Position numbers and translations under genes: made by a program. The notes under the pieces are model-generated. The model was not told the DNA's origin, searched no databases, and saw only the letters and a list, made by a program, of their open reading frames with translations. This document shows positions 27,579 through 37,230 of a stretch of DNA of 64,000 nt, piece by piece. Position 1 is the first letter of the stretch; each line of letters opens with the position of its first letter. Source of the DNA: Clostridia bacterium (GTDB lineage: Bacteria > Bacillota > Clostridia > Oscillospirales > RGIG577); contig JAFQZS010000007.1 of NCBI GenBank assembly GCA_017405765.1, positions 9,424 through 73,423 on the forward strand. Reading direction: 5' to 3'.

Positions 27579-28778
27579 TCAAGCATTGCCTTCTATCAGC
27601 CAATCGGCCACATCGACGATCTGCACGCCCTCATGCTGATAAGCTTCCTGTCGGGTGCGGGTAAGTATCATTTTGGGATATGCGTCCTTGATCTTTAGCA
27701 GCGGATCTATTTCGCGCCGGAAGGTGTCGGGGTCGTCTATGCTGCCGGAAACCTGTATATACAGCTTTTCACTTCGTTTTATTGCAACAAAGTCGATCTC
27801 CTTCTTATACAGCACGCCGGCATACAGCTCGTATCCTCGGCGCAAAAGCTCAATGGCAACGATATTTTCTATCATCCTGCCATGATCGGCGTTTTTCGTG
27901 CCCAGCTTCGCATACTTGAAGGAATGATCGCAAAGATAATATTTGTCATTCGACGAAAGATACCGTTTGCCCTGAATATCATATCTTCGGACCTTGTAAA
28001 ACGCAAACGCATTGCAAAGGTATTTTATATATGCGCTGACGGTACGATCATTTGTTTTTACATGCTCCCCTGTAAAGGCCGCGGCAACGCTGCGAGTGGA
28101 AGTCTGATTTGAAATGTTGTCTATTAGGAAATCGCAGAGGCGTTCCATCAAGGGCATGTTGCGCACGCGATATTTTTGCCGGATATCCCGAACGATCAAT
28201 GTATTGAACACATCGGAGATATAGTCATATTTCGATTCCGGCGTTTTATAAAGATAAGAGCCGGACATGCCGCCCTCACGGATATAGCGGTTAAAAGCGG
28301 CATATTGATCCGTAAGCGCGAAATACCTCATAAATTCCGCGAACGAAAAAGGAAAAACCTCTATCTCAAAGGTACGTCCCGTAAACAGCGTTGCAAGGTC
28401 GCTGCTCAAAAGAAAAGCGTTGGAACCGGTGATATAGATATCATATTTTTCGGATGCGTGCAAACTGTTGATAGCTTTCTCAAATCCTTTGCACATCTGA
28501 ACTTCATCTATGAAAACAAAGTTGCTTTTCCCCGGGATATAAGCCTTTTCAATATAATCATTCAGCGCATGATACTCTGTCAAATCCTCATACACATTTA
28601 GGTTAAAATTGATATGAATAATGCTCGCGTTCGGATCGTTGGCACGAACATAAGACATGAACGACTCCAAAAGCTTGGATTTTCCACAGCGTCTGACACC
28701 GGTAATTACTTTAATATCCGGAGTTCCCATCACATCTTTCAGTTTGTTCAGGTAGAAATCTCGTTCGATCAGCCGCAT
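27579..28778 (-). CDS. AAA+ ATPase of the COG1373 type (AAA_14 + DUF4143-like C-terminal domain)
   Basis: 399-aa ORF with RBS GAGGTGA 6 nt upstream. It has Walker A GVRRCGKSKLL and Walker B FVFIDEVQ. The N-terminal RDFYLNKLKD... and overall length are typical of this family. Confidence 0.8.
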   Translation of the reverse strand: MRLIERDFYLNKLKDVMGTPDIKVITGVRRCGKSKLLESFMSYVRANDPNASIIHINFNLNVYEDLTEYHALNDYIEKAYIPGKSNFVFIDEVQMCKGFEKAINSLHASEKYDIYITGSNAFLLSSDLATLFTGRTFEIEVFPFSFAEFMRYFALTDQYAAFNRYIREGGMSGSYLYKTPESKYDYISDVFNTLIVRDIRQKYRVRNMPLMERLCDFLIDNISNQTSTRSVAAAFTGEHVKTNDRTVSAYIKYLCNAFAFYKVRRYDIQGKRYLSSNDKYYLCDHSFKYAKLGTKNADHGRMIENIVAIELLRRGYELYAGVLYKKEIDFVAIKRSEKLYIQVSGSIDDPDTFRREIDPLLKIKDAYPKMILTRTRQEAYQHEGVQIVDVADWLIEGNA

Positions 28779-28807
28779 GGTATATCACCTCATCTATATT
28801 ATACCCC

Positions 28808-28854
28808 ATTCTATTTCGCAAAATCAATATTTTTTCAAAAATGCGAAATAGAAT
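28808..28854. promoter_or_regulatory. 13-bp perfect inverted repeat embracing the -35 region of the ATPase gene promoter
   Basis: attctatttcgca (28808-28820) pairs with tgcgaaatagaat (28842-28854) around a 21-nt AT-rich spacer. On the minus strand the repeat is followed by ggggTATAAT and then the RBS and ATG of the ATPase gene. A TTGATT -35 candidate lies in the spacer. Confidence 0.5.
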
Positions 28855-28981
28855 CGTCGGCCGCCTGCTGCGCGCATCAAAAGCTAGGCTTCAAACACCT
28901 CATAAGAGGCGCTGGCGGCAGCTCAAATCCTCGTTTTGCAAGTTCCTCTTCATTTTGCAAACGCAACCACGCGATCTTTGT

Positions 28982-29767
28982 TTAAATGTGAAGTTCGGCC
29001 TCGCAAAATAAAACGGCTCTTCCGCCGAGTATCACTCTGTTTTTATCGTTGCGGCAATAAAGTATGCCGCCTCGTGCGGAAATCTGATGCGCCGTCATTT
29101 CTTCTTTTCCCAATTTCATGGCCCAATAAGGTACAAAATTGCAATGTGCGGATCCTGTTACAGGGTCTTCATTTACATTGATTTTCGGGAAAAAGCACCT
29201 TGATACAAAATCATACTCTCCGCCGTCGGCTTTGGCCGTTATAAGAAATCCCATCCCTTTTGAAACAGCGCGTATTCTATTCCAATCAGGTGTAAAATCT
29301 CGAACGCTTTTTTCATCCGGCAGCACAAGCATTAGATCCCTGCCAAGATATGCGCCCATCGGCTTCTGCCCGTTTAACGCGTCTATTATATCTTCGGTCA
29401 CTTCCACGGGAACTGGCATGCGCGAAGGAAAATCCATTTCATAAAGATCGTCTTTTTTTGCAACGGTGAGTCTTCCGCTCATGGTATCAAACTCAAATAT
29501 GTTTTCTTCAGGCTTATAAAAATTTGCAAGTACAAATGCCGCTCCCAAGGTGGCGTGTCCGCAAAGATCTATCTCTGCATGTGGCGTGAACCAGCGCAGA
29601 CGATAACGATCTTTTTCCCAAACAACAAACGCCGTTTCGGAAAGATTGTTCTCTATCGCTATTTTCTGCATCAAATCATCATCCGGCCACCGCTGCATTA
29701 CGCATACGGCAGCCGGATTCCCTTTAAATACTTTATCGGAAAATGCGTCTACTATATATTGTTTCAC
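28982..29767 (-). CDS. PhzF family isomerase-like protein
   Basis: ORF 28982-29863. KQYIVDAFSDKVFKGNPAAVCV ... NLSETAFV ... FTPHAEIDLCGHATL is the PhzF family pattern. Start at GTG 29767 after AGAGGTGA. Confidence 0.85.
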   Translation of the reverse strand: MKQYIVDAFSDKVFKGNPAAVCVMQRWPDDDLMQKIAIENNLSETAFVVWEKDRYRLRWFTPHAEIDLCGHATLGAAFVLANFYKPEENIFEFDTMSGRLTVAKKDDLYEMDFPSRMPVPVEVTEDIIDALNGQKPMGAYLGRDLMLVLPDEKSVRDFTPDWNRIRAVSKGMGFLITAKADGGEYDFVSRCFFPKINVNEDPVTGSAHCNFVPYWAMKLGKEEMTAHQISARGGILYCRNDKNRVILGGRAVLFCEAELHI

Positions 29768-29859
29768 TGTGTGATCACCTCTGTACGCGACGGCACAAAT
29801 CTGCGCGCGACGATCTCTCTTATTAAAAAATTCCGTAATATCGCTCTTTTGATCGCATA

Positions 29860-32172
29860 TCACTTTATAAGCGACTCAAGCGTCTCAAATAAAGCGTCGG
29901 GCTCCACAGGCTTGCTCAGGTGCGCATTCAGCCCCGCCTGCATGCTTCGCTGAACGTCTTCGTCAAATGCATTGGCAGTCAGCGCAATAATAGGTATAGA
30001 CTTTGCGTCTGCTTTGTCCATCGAACGAATGCGCCGCGCAGCCTCAAGTCCGTCCATTTCGGGCATACGCATATCCATGAGAACAGCGTCATAGTAGCCG
30101 ACTTCATGGTTTTTAAACAATTCCACGGCTATTTTACCGTTTTGTGCAAGGTCTGTTTCCATCTCACGCATGGAAAGCACCATCATAATGATCTCCGCGT
30201 TTATCGCCACGTCCTCCGCAAGAAGAACACGTTTGCCTTTGAGGTCTGCCGTCTTCTTCTCGAGCGCTTCGTTCTTGCGCCTAAACGCCTCTCTAAACTC
30301 GTCCATAACGTTTCCTGCAAAGAGCGGTTTTGCTACGAACGTATCTACGCCCGCCGCTTTTGCTTCATCGGCTATATCATCCCAATTGAACGACGTAAGG
30401 ATTATTATTGGCGTATCGTTTCCGACTATGGAGCGTATCTCTTTAGTCGTTTCAACACCGTCCATTTCGGGCATTCGCCAGTCGATAAGAATGAGATCGT
30501 AATCCTCTCTGCGCCCGTGACGTATCCTCACCTTGTCCACGCCTTCCCAGCCGGATTCCGCCGTATCGCAGCCGATTCCTATCTGTCCCAAAATGATCTC
30601 GGCATGCTCAAGCGCGATGCGGTCGTCGTCAATTACAAGAACGCTCAGTTCGTGCGGGTTCAAGTCGCCGTCTTCCGTATTTATGCTTTTTCTTTCGGAT
30701 TCGCCGAGAGTCACCGTTACCGTAAAGACAGACCCTTTGCCCTTCTCGCTCTCCACTTCGATATGGCCGTTCATAAGCTCAACAATGCTTTTTGTGATAG
30801 GCATACCGAGTCCCGTGCTTCCGTACCTGTTCGTGGAAGACGAATCCTCCTGGCTGAAGGCTTCAAAAATATGAGGCAGGTATTCCTTGCTCATGCCTAT
30901 GCCTGTGTCGCTTATTATAAATTTCAGAGTTGCCTTCTTGTCAAATCTCGGTCCCTCTTCAATAATGAACCGTACCGTACCTCCTTCGGGGGTAAACTTT
31001 ACGGCATTTCCCAAAATATTTATAAGCACCTGCTTAAGCTTCATAACATCGCCGATATAATAATCGTCGACGTGACCTTTTATATGACAGTCAAATGTAA
31101 GTCCCTTGTCTCTGCACTGACCGCTTATTATGGTATTTACCTGCTCCAGAGCTTTGGAAAAAGAAAACTCCTCTTTTTTTATCGTCATGCGTCCCGATTC
31201 GATGCGGCTCATATCGAGAATATCGTTTATGATACCTAACAGATGCTGCGCGGAGGCGCCTGTTTTCTCAAGATATTCCTTCACCTTATCGCTTGCCGTC
31301 GGATCGTTCATAGCGATATTGTTAAGCCCTATTATAGCGTTCATCGGCGTGCGTATCTCATGGCTCATATTGGAGAGAAACGCGGTTTTCACCCTGTTTG
31401 CATGTTCGGCCGAAGCAAGAGCGTCCTTAAGCGCTTCCCTGCTTTCGGCAAGCTCGGCTTTCTGCAGCTGTTCCCTTGCAACAGCCTCTTCAAGACCTTT
31501 TCTGTATTCTTCCTTCTCGTCCTCCATAACAAAGCTGTGAAGAAGGCTTGTTCCCAGCATATATCCCATAGCGTAAAACGGAAGCAGCGGATAAAACACC
31601 TGTATGGCGATACACAGAGCCATGGCGATACCGAACAGGCCTACCGTAAGATGACGCCGCCTTGCCGCGCCCTTCTCCTTTGCGGTGACCCACAGCGTAT
31701 ATGCAGACGTCAAAACGAATAAAACTATCTGTACGGCAAGCGTAACGTACCTTGCCGTACCGGCATAGTACGCTCCGCTCTCATCAAACCAGAACAGTAT
31801 GGGACGGAAAAAATTGATCGCAACGACTATCGCCTCATAGCAAAGAAAAAGTATGCCCGCATATGAGAGAAACCGCGCAAATACATTTTTCTCACCGAGA
31901 TATGATACGACATATCGAGTCCAGAGCATGACGGCTGCCGCCATGGCGATAAAATGCACCGACGTATCGGCGTAAAGAACAGCCGTAAGCTTATGCGATT
32001 CCAAAATGCCCCACAGCATATCTGTTATGAGATATGCCATTATCCCCAGAAGAAAACCGCGGTATTCGCGCTGTGTTTTCGTAAGTTTTTTTACTTCTCT
32101 GCTCCAGATAAGCTCACGGTTGGTAATAAGAAGCAGTATAGTTGACAATATTCCGATAATTGAGTATGTCAT
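29860..32172 (-). CDS. hybrid sensor histidine kinase: multi-TM N-terminal sensor, HisKA, HATPase_c, two receiver domains
   Basis: 770-aa ORF. The first ~215 aa are hydrophobic, with about 7 helices. It has the H-box FLSNMSHEIRTPMNAIIG and a G-box DTGIGM ... GTGLGM. Two REC domains are present (VLVIDDD...LILIDWRMPEMDG and VLLAEDV...AVLMDMRMPEMDG). Confidence 0.9.
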   Translation of the reverse strand: MTYSIIGILSTILLLITNRELIWSREVKKLTKTQREYRGFLLGIMAYLITDMLWGILESHKLTAVLYADTSVHFIAMAAAVMLWTRYVVSYLGEKNVFARFLSYAGILFLCYEAIVVAINFFRPILFWFDESGAYYAGTARYVTLAVQIVLFVLTSAYTLWVTAKEKGAARRRHLTVGLFGIAMALCIAIQVFYPLLPFYAMGYMLGTSLLHSFVMEDEKEEYRKGLEEAVAREQLQKAELAESREALKDALASAEHANRVKTAFLSNMSHEIRTPMNAIIGLNNIAMNDPTASDKVKEYLEKTGASAQHLLGIINDILDMSRIESGRMTIKKEEFSFSKALEQVNTIISGQCRDKGLTFDCHIKGHVDDYYIGDVMKLKQVLINILGNAVKFTPEGGTVRFIIEEGPRFDKKATLKFIISDTGIGMSKEYLPHIFEAFSQEDSSSTNRYGSTGLGMPITKSIVELMNGHIEVESEKGKGSVFTVTVTLGESERKSINTEDGDLNPHELSVLVIDDDRIALEHAEIILGQIGIGCDTAESGWEGVDKVRIRHGRREDYDLILIDWRMPEMDGVETTKEIRSIVGNDTPIIILTSFNWDDIADEAKAAGVDTFVAKPLFAGNVMDEFREAFRRKNEALEKKTADLKGKRVLLAEDVAINAEIIMMVLSMREMETDLAQNGKIAVELFKNHEVGYYDAVLMDMRMPEMDGLEAARRIRSMDKADAKSIPIIALTANAFDEDVQRSMQAGLNAHLSKPVEPDALFETLESLIK

Positions 32173-32212
32173 ACTCTTTCACCCCCTCATATCAGTTGAC
32201 GGCGCAGTTTTT

Positions 32213-34840
32213 TCACTTCGCATTTATTTTTTTATACAGCTCATAAGCAAGCATCTGCGGTTCAAACGGCTTGGCAATGTGTCCGTTCATGCCGGATGCA
32301 AGCGATTCGCGTACATCCTCCTCATATGCGTTGGCGCTCATGGCAATTATAGGCAGTCGCTTTGCATATTCGCTGTCAAGGCTGCGGATACGCCTTGTCG
32401 CCTCATAGCCGTTCATTATAGGCATTTGAATATCCATAAGCACAGCGTCATAAAAACCGCTGCCCTTTTTTACAAGCATATCTACGCCTTCCTGCCCGTT
32501 TGACGCCCGCTCTACTTCGATGCCGTATTCGGAAAGCACAAGCGTTGCAATTTCCGCATTTATGTCGTTGTCCTCTACAAGAAGTATTTTTTTGTCTGCA
32601 AGCTCGTCTTTATCAAAGGCCTCCTCATCCGAAGAAGCAACATCGCTCTTTGGCGTATTTTCCCGGTAGGCAAACTCTAAATTGACAAAGAATACCGAGC
32701 CCTCGCCAAGCTTGCTTTCAACCGATATTTCTCCGCCCATAAGCTTAACAAGCCTCGATGTTATCGCCATGCCGAGGCCGGTACCCTGTATCTTGTTTAT
32801 GGTGGAGTTGGTCTCGCGCGAGAAGCTCTCGAAAATGTGCGGCAGAAAGTCTTCGCTCATGCCGATGCCGGTATCCCGCACTGAAAAACAGTATCTGCTT
32901 TTATTGTCCGAAAGCTCCTCTATCTCTTCCGCAGCAATATAGACAGACCCGCCGTTCGGCGTATACTTGACTGCGTTTCCGATTATATTTATTAAGATCT
33001 GTTCAAGTCTCAATTCGTCGGCAATGATGCACGGATGAGCGACCTTATCCGTGTTGAAAGAAAGGCTTAAAGACTTCTTGCTTGCCTGTGAACGGGTAAG
33101 ATCGGCGATACGTTCAAAGATCCGGCCAATATCGCACATGTTCTCGTTTAGCTGTATTTTTCCGCTTTCTATCTTTGACATATCAAGCACGTCGTTTATA
33201 AGAGACAAAAGATAGTGGCTCGAAGCCGCAATTTTTTTAAGAGAATCCTCTACCATATCTTTGTCGTTAAGCTTGTCAAGGGCGATGTTGGTATAACCGA
33301 TTATGGCATTCATCGGCGTTCTTATGTCGTGGCTCATGCTTGAGAGGAAGTTGCTTTTAGCCCTGTTGCCCTTTTCGGCCTCGTCTCTTGCATGCTCTAA
33401 TATCCTTCTTGTTTCCTCCTCCTTTTTCTGGAGCGCCGTTATATCCTGTCTGGCAATGATAAATTCCGACACCTTGCCTGCCTTATCGCGAGAAACTACG
33501 ATAAAGTTGTATGTAAACCACTCCTCCTCACGGATAGGCGCGTGCAGATTGCAGGAGATTATATCGCGCCCGCTGTTCATCTGCTCTGTCAGCCTGTCAA
33601 AGTCGATAAGCTTAGCCGCATCCGCTCGTTCATCCTCATTTGGGAAGCGGTCTAACAAATCGTCGGCAAAGACGTTGTATGCGCCGTCGTTCGGGATATG
33701 TCCTACGTCGGGCATGCCCTCGATATAATGATAGGTGCGCGCGCCGGCGTTCACGATGACAAAGTTTTCAAAGAGCCTCGACATTGCAAAATGTATATCG
33801 TTTGAGTTTTTTGTCTCCTCCAAAAGTCTTTTTTTCTGAAGGAAGAACCTGACTATGTAGAACACTCCGACAGACACGAACAGCACGATGAGCCAGATGA
33901 GCAAAACGGCGCCGTTCATACTCGCGTTGCTAATCATGCTCTTATATGTCTGTGCGGGGAAATTCAGCACCAGAAAGAAATCGGAATACCCGCCTATATA
34001 AGATACTATCCCTACGGTCCTGTCCCCGTTTACCAGATAACTGTAAAGCGTGTTGTCGCGCTGCAAAAAGGCCTCGCGCACATTCTTTTCATCTTCTTCA
34101 TGTGAAAACGAAAATGCGGAAAGGTCCTCCAAAAAATTCGAGGCGCCTATATCATCATCCGTACTGTATATGATAGTGCCGTCCTTATCGCAAAGCAGAA
34201 CATCACAATCTTGCCCAAATACGGATACCTCGAGCAGATTGTCTATAAAATCTTCTCCGTAAAATCCCACTGCGATCCCGACGAGCTCATCATTTTGATA
34301 TACAGGACTGTAAAACCCTATCTGACGTTCGCTAGTTACCTTTGAATCAAGAATGTACGTCATTCCCGTCTTGCCGCTTATGCCTTCCTTGAAATACGCG
34401 CGCTCCGCTACATTTGCCGCGATAATTTTATCTCCCGTTGTGTAGTCGCGTCCCCTAAGGTCGATGAACCTAAGATAATTAAATGCAAAGCGGTTTTCGC
34501 AATCTCTGAGTATTTGCCCTACTTTATCCACTTCAGAAGGGTCTATATCCTCATCACTCTTTACATTCAGCTTAGAGGTGTCCACACCGTAATTCTGAAA
34601 GGCAGTTTCAAGTACAAGGGCTGACGATTCGATATAAGCTATATTTTCTTTGAACATATCGCCTATAAGCGACGTTCGCTGCGTCGCGATATCCGCAATA
34701 TAGTTTTCGTTCTGGTGCGAAATGCGCGTCACATTTGAACGATAGAAAAAAACGAACGAGAGTGCGATACCGCAAATAAGCAAGATGACGCATATTAAGT
34801 TCTGTATATAGATCCGGTCTTTCTTTTTCTTTGCGTTCAT
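32213..34840 (-). CDS. hybrid sensor histidine kinase: TM - extracytoplasmic (Cache-like) domain - TM - PAS-like - HisKA - HATPase_c - REC
   Basis: ORF 32213-34882, with the start at ATG 34840 after GGGAGG. Two TM segments flank a ~290-aa domain. It has the H-box FLSSMSHDIRTPMNAIIGY, DTGIGM ... GTGLGM, and a C-terminal REC (ILLVEDN...AVLMDIQMPIMNG). Confidence 0.9.
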   Translation of the reverse strand: MNAKKKKDRIYIQNLICVILLICGIALSFVFFYRSNVTRISHQNENYIADIATQRTSLIGDMFKENIAYIESSALVLETAFQNYGVDTSKLNVKSDEDIDPSEVDKVGQILRDCENRFAFNYLRFIDLRGRDYTTGDKIIAANVAERAYFKEGISGKTGMTYILDSKVTSERQIGFYSPVYQNDELVGIAVGFYGEDFIDNLLEVSVFGQDCDVLLCDKDGTIIYSTDDDIGASNFLEDLSAFSFSHEEDEKNVREAFLQRDNTLYSYLVNGDRTVGIVSYIGGYSDFFLVLNFPAQTYKSMISNASMNGAVLLIWLIVLFVSVGVFYIVRFFLQKKRLLEETKNSNDIHFAMSRLFENFVIVNAGARTYHYIEGMPDVGHIPNDGAYNVFADDLLDRFPNEDERADAAKLIDFDRLTEQMNSGRDIISCNLHAPIREEEWFTYNFIVVSRDKAGKVSEFIIARQDITALQKKEEETRRILEHARDEAEKGNRAKSNFLSSMSHDIRTPMNAIIGYTNIALDKLNDKDMVEDSLKKIAASSHYLLSLINDVLDMSKIESGKIQLNENMCDIGRIFERIADLTRSQASKKSLSLSFNTDKVAHPCIIADELRLEQILINIIGNAVKYTPNGGSVYIAAEEIEELSDNKSRYCFSVRDTGIGMSEDFLPHIFESFSRETNSTINKIQGTGLGMAITSRLVKLMGGEISVESKLGEGSVFFVNLEFAYRENTPKSDVASSDEEAFDKDELADKKILLVEDNDINAEIATLVLSEYGIEVERASNGQEGVDMLVKKGSGFYDAVLMDIQMPIMNGYEATRRIRSLDSEYAKRLPIIAMSANAYEEDVRESLASGMNGHIAKPFEPQMLAYELYKKINAK

Positions 34841-34931
34841 ATCGTTACCTCCCGCCATAAAATTTGTGTCGGAAACACGCATGGAGCCTGTTTTGTATTG
34901 CGCCCTATTATATCAAAATCTTTATTCTTCT

Positions 34932-37160
34932 TTAGAAAACCGCATAACCCGTCTGCTTTTTGTTCTTCAGTCGTTTCAGCGCGGCGTCTGCGTCCTCAAA
35001 AATATCGCCTATCGGAGCTTCTCTGTCGGAAAAAGCAACGCCCACGTTCAAAAGAACTGACGGCATCGGCTCTTTCTTTTCCTGAAGCGCACGGTTCACC
35101 TGTTCTATCTTTGCGGAAACCAAGCCCTTTTTCGCACTTGTTACGCGCGTCATTATCACGGCAAACTCGTCCTCGCGCAAACGGCAAATATGATCCACAG
35201 AGCGGAAACTCTTTCTTAACACGTCTGCGGCGCGGCATACTATACGGTCTGCATACTCGCGTCCGTGCTTTTGGCGAATTTCCTCATATTCGTCTATCTG
35301 CGCGATAAGGACCGCGATGTGGTCATGGTCAGAATCATGAAACAGAATATCAAACGCGCTGTAGTTATAAAGGCCCGTCAGGGAGTCGTGCAGAGCGTTA
35401 TATGTAAATCTGTCTCTCCTGAATTTTGTCTCCTTTATAGAAACTTTAGCAGGATTCGGCTTGTTCTCCAAAAGGAATTTCTCAAACTCCGCCACAGGAA
35501 GCGGCCGCGAGAAATAATATCCCTGTATAATATCGCATCCCATCGTTTTTAGCGTGAATACCTGCTCGGCTGTTTCAACGCCCTCTGCGATCGTGGGCAC
35601 TTCAAAGGAGTCGGCAAGCTGTATCATCGCTTCAAGAAGGCGCGTGTCCTTCCTTGCTTTAAAGGCGTTTCGTATGAAATGCATGTCAAGCTTCAGCGCG
35701 TCTATGGGAAGCGTGGACAGCATGTTGAGAGAGGAGTATCCCGAACCGAAATCGTCCATCTCAATGCGAAATCCCATTTCGCGCAGATGCAGCACCTTCT
35801 CGACGATCTGCGTGGAATCCTCCGTATACGCAGACTCGGTGATCTCCAAAAGCAGCTCCTGATGACTGAGTCCGTTTTTCTCTATGATCTCACCCAGCAT
35901 ATCTACAATTCTCGGTTCATAGAGGTCTATACGCGAAACATTGACAGACACAGGCAAGCTTATACCCAGCCTTGTTTTCCAGTCGCGTATCCGGGCTGCG
36001 GCTTCCGACCAGACATAGCTGTCAAGACGGTATATGAGGCCGTTGTTTTCAAAAATGGGAATGAACACTCCCGGGCTCACCATGCCGAGCTTCGGATGAC
36101 GCCAGCGTATCAGCGCTTCTGCGCTGCTTAGTACCGGCTTATCGGGACGCACGTCGAACTTGGGCTGATAATATACTTCAAACTGCTTTTCTCGTATAGC
36201 GCGCGGAAAATCCTCGATAAGCTGCGCTTCCAAGATCTCCGCCTCATGCATGGAGTCGTCGTAAATACCTATGGAGCGAGAAAAGCTTCCCTTTACTGTA
36301 TTTGCAGCTATCTTTGCGCGGTCAAAACGCCGCTCGATATCAAGCGACTTGTCGGCTCCGGCGTAAACGCCCATTCTTATTCTGACAAGGCTTTCGCCGG
36401 GAGTATTGTCTTCATCGTTCATGCACACAGACACTTGTTTAAGCAGCGAATCGTAATCTGTGCGGTGAGGACAGTAAATAAGGAAGGTGTCCGCTTCGCT
36501 GCGGCATGCGATACCGCCTGTTTCCTGAACTATTTCAAGCGTCCTTTCACCTATGCGCCTTAAAAGCTCGTCCCCGTACAACTTGCCGTAGCGGTCGTTT
36601 ATCGTGTGGAACTGGTTAATATTCATAAAGATCGCGTCTGTGGGGAAGTCCTTGTGATGGGCGTCGAGCTGAACGGCATAACGGTAGAAAAAGTCCTTGT
36701 TATAAAGTCCGGTAAGCTGATCGCGCTCGGTCCAGCGAAGTATATCGCGATCTTCCGTAAGCTCGATAGTGCGCAGTATGCGCGCGAGAACGACTTCCTG
36801 CTGAGGGTATGGCTTCGGAATGAAGTCTATCGCCCCGAGCGTAAGGCATTCCACCTCCGCGTCACTGTCCGCCGTCATTACTATTACGGGAAGACGTGCA
36901 TACCGCATGTCGGATTTGACCTCGCGCAGCACATCCAGGCCGTGGATATCGGGCAGATTCAAGTCGAGAAGTATAAGGCTGAGCGTTTCAAAGTGAGTGT
37001 AGATCATCTCCAAAGCCTGTTTGCCCGTTTCCGCCGTTATGACCTCATAAACGTCCTCAAGATACATCTTAAGGATCTCTTGATTTATAAGTTCGTCCTC
37101 TATCAGTAATATCCTTCTCTTTTCAACGGAAGGTCGGAATCTTGCTTTTATTTCCGGCAT
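34932..37160 (-). CDS. response regulator REC - degenerate GGDEF - EAL - degenerate GGDEF (probable c-di-GMP phosphodiesterase)
   Basis: ORF 34932-37190. A second ATG at 37160 follows AGGAGG. The REC domain reads ILLIEDE...LILLDLNLPDIHG. The first GGDEF-like domain has SEADTF in place of GGDEF. The EAL domain has AEALIRW and QPKFD motifs. The second GGDEF-like domain has REDEF. Confidence 0.88.
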   Translation of the reverse strand: MPEIKARFRPSVEKRRILLIEDELINQEILKMYLEDVYEVITAETGKQALEMIYTHFETLSLILLDLNLPDIHGLDVLREVKSDMRYARLPVIVMTADSDAEVECLTLGAIDFIPKPYPQQEVVLARILRTIELTEDRDILRWTERDQLTGLYNKDFFYRYAVQLDAHHKDFPTDAIFMNINQFHTINDRYGKLYGDELLRRIGERTLEIVQETGGIACRSEADTFLIYCPHRTDYDSLLKQVSVCMNDEDNTPGESLVRIRMGVYAGADKSLDIERRFDRAKIAANTVKGSFSRSIGIYDDSMHEAEILEAQLIEDFPRAIREKQFEVYYQPKFDVRPDKPVLSSAEALIRWRHPKLGMVSPGVFIPIFENNGLIYRLDSYVWSEAAARIRDWKTRLGISLPVSVNVSRIDLYEPRIVDMLGEIIEKNGLSHQELLLEITESAYTEDSTQIVEKVLHLREMGFRIEMDDFGSGYSSLNMLSTLPIDALKLDMHFIRNAFKARKDTRLLEAMIQLADSFEVPTIAEGVETAEQVFTLKTMGCDIIQGYYFSRPLPVAEFEKFLLENKPNPAKVSIKETKFRRDRFTYNALHDSLTGLYNYSAFDILFHDSDHDHIAVLIAQIDEYEEIRQKHGREYADRIVCRAADVLRKSFRSVDHICRLREDEFAVIMTRVTSAKKGLVSAKIEQVNRALQEKKEPMPSVLLNVGVAFSDREAPIGDIFEDADAALKRLKNKKQTGYAVF

Positions 37161-37230
37161 AGTTCTTTTGCCTCCTGTCTTTTTTCGCATTTAGTATTTA
37201 CTGTCAAAAGCAGTGTGCGGCTTTCAGGCG

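Noticed and set aside
29920-31239. 439-aa plus-strand ORF inside the 770-aa hybrid kinase gene
   Set aside because: It is antisense to unmistakable HisKA/HATPase/REC coding sequence, and its composition is R/F/H-rich and motif-free.
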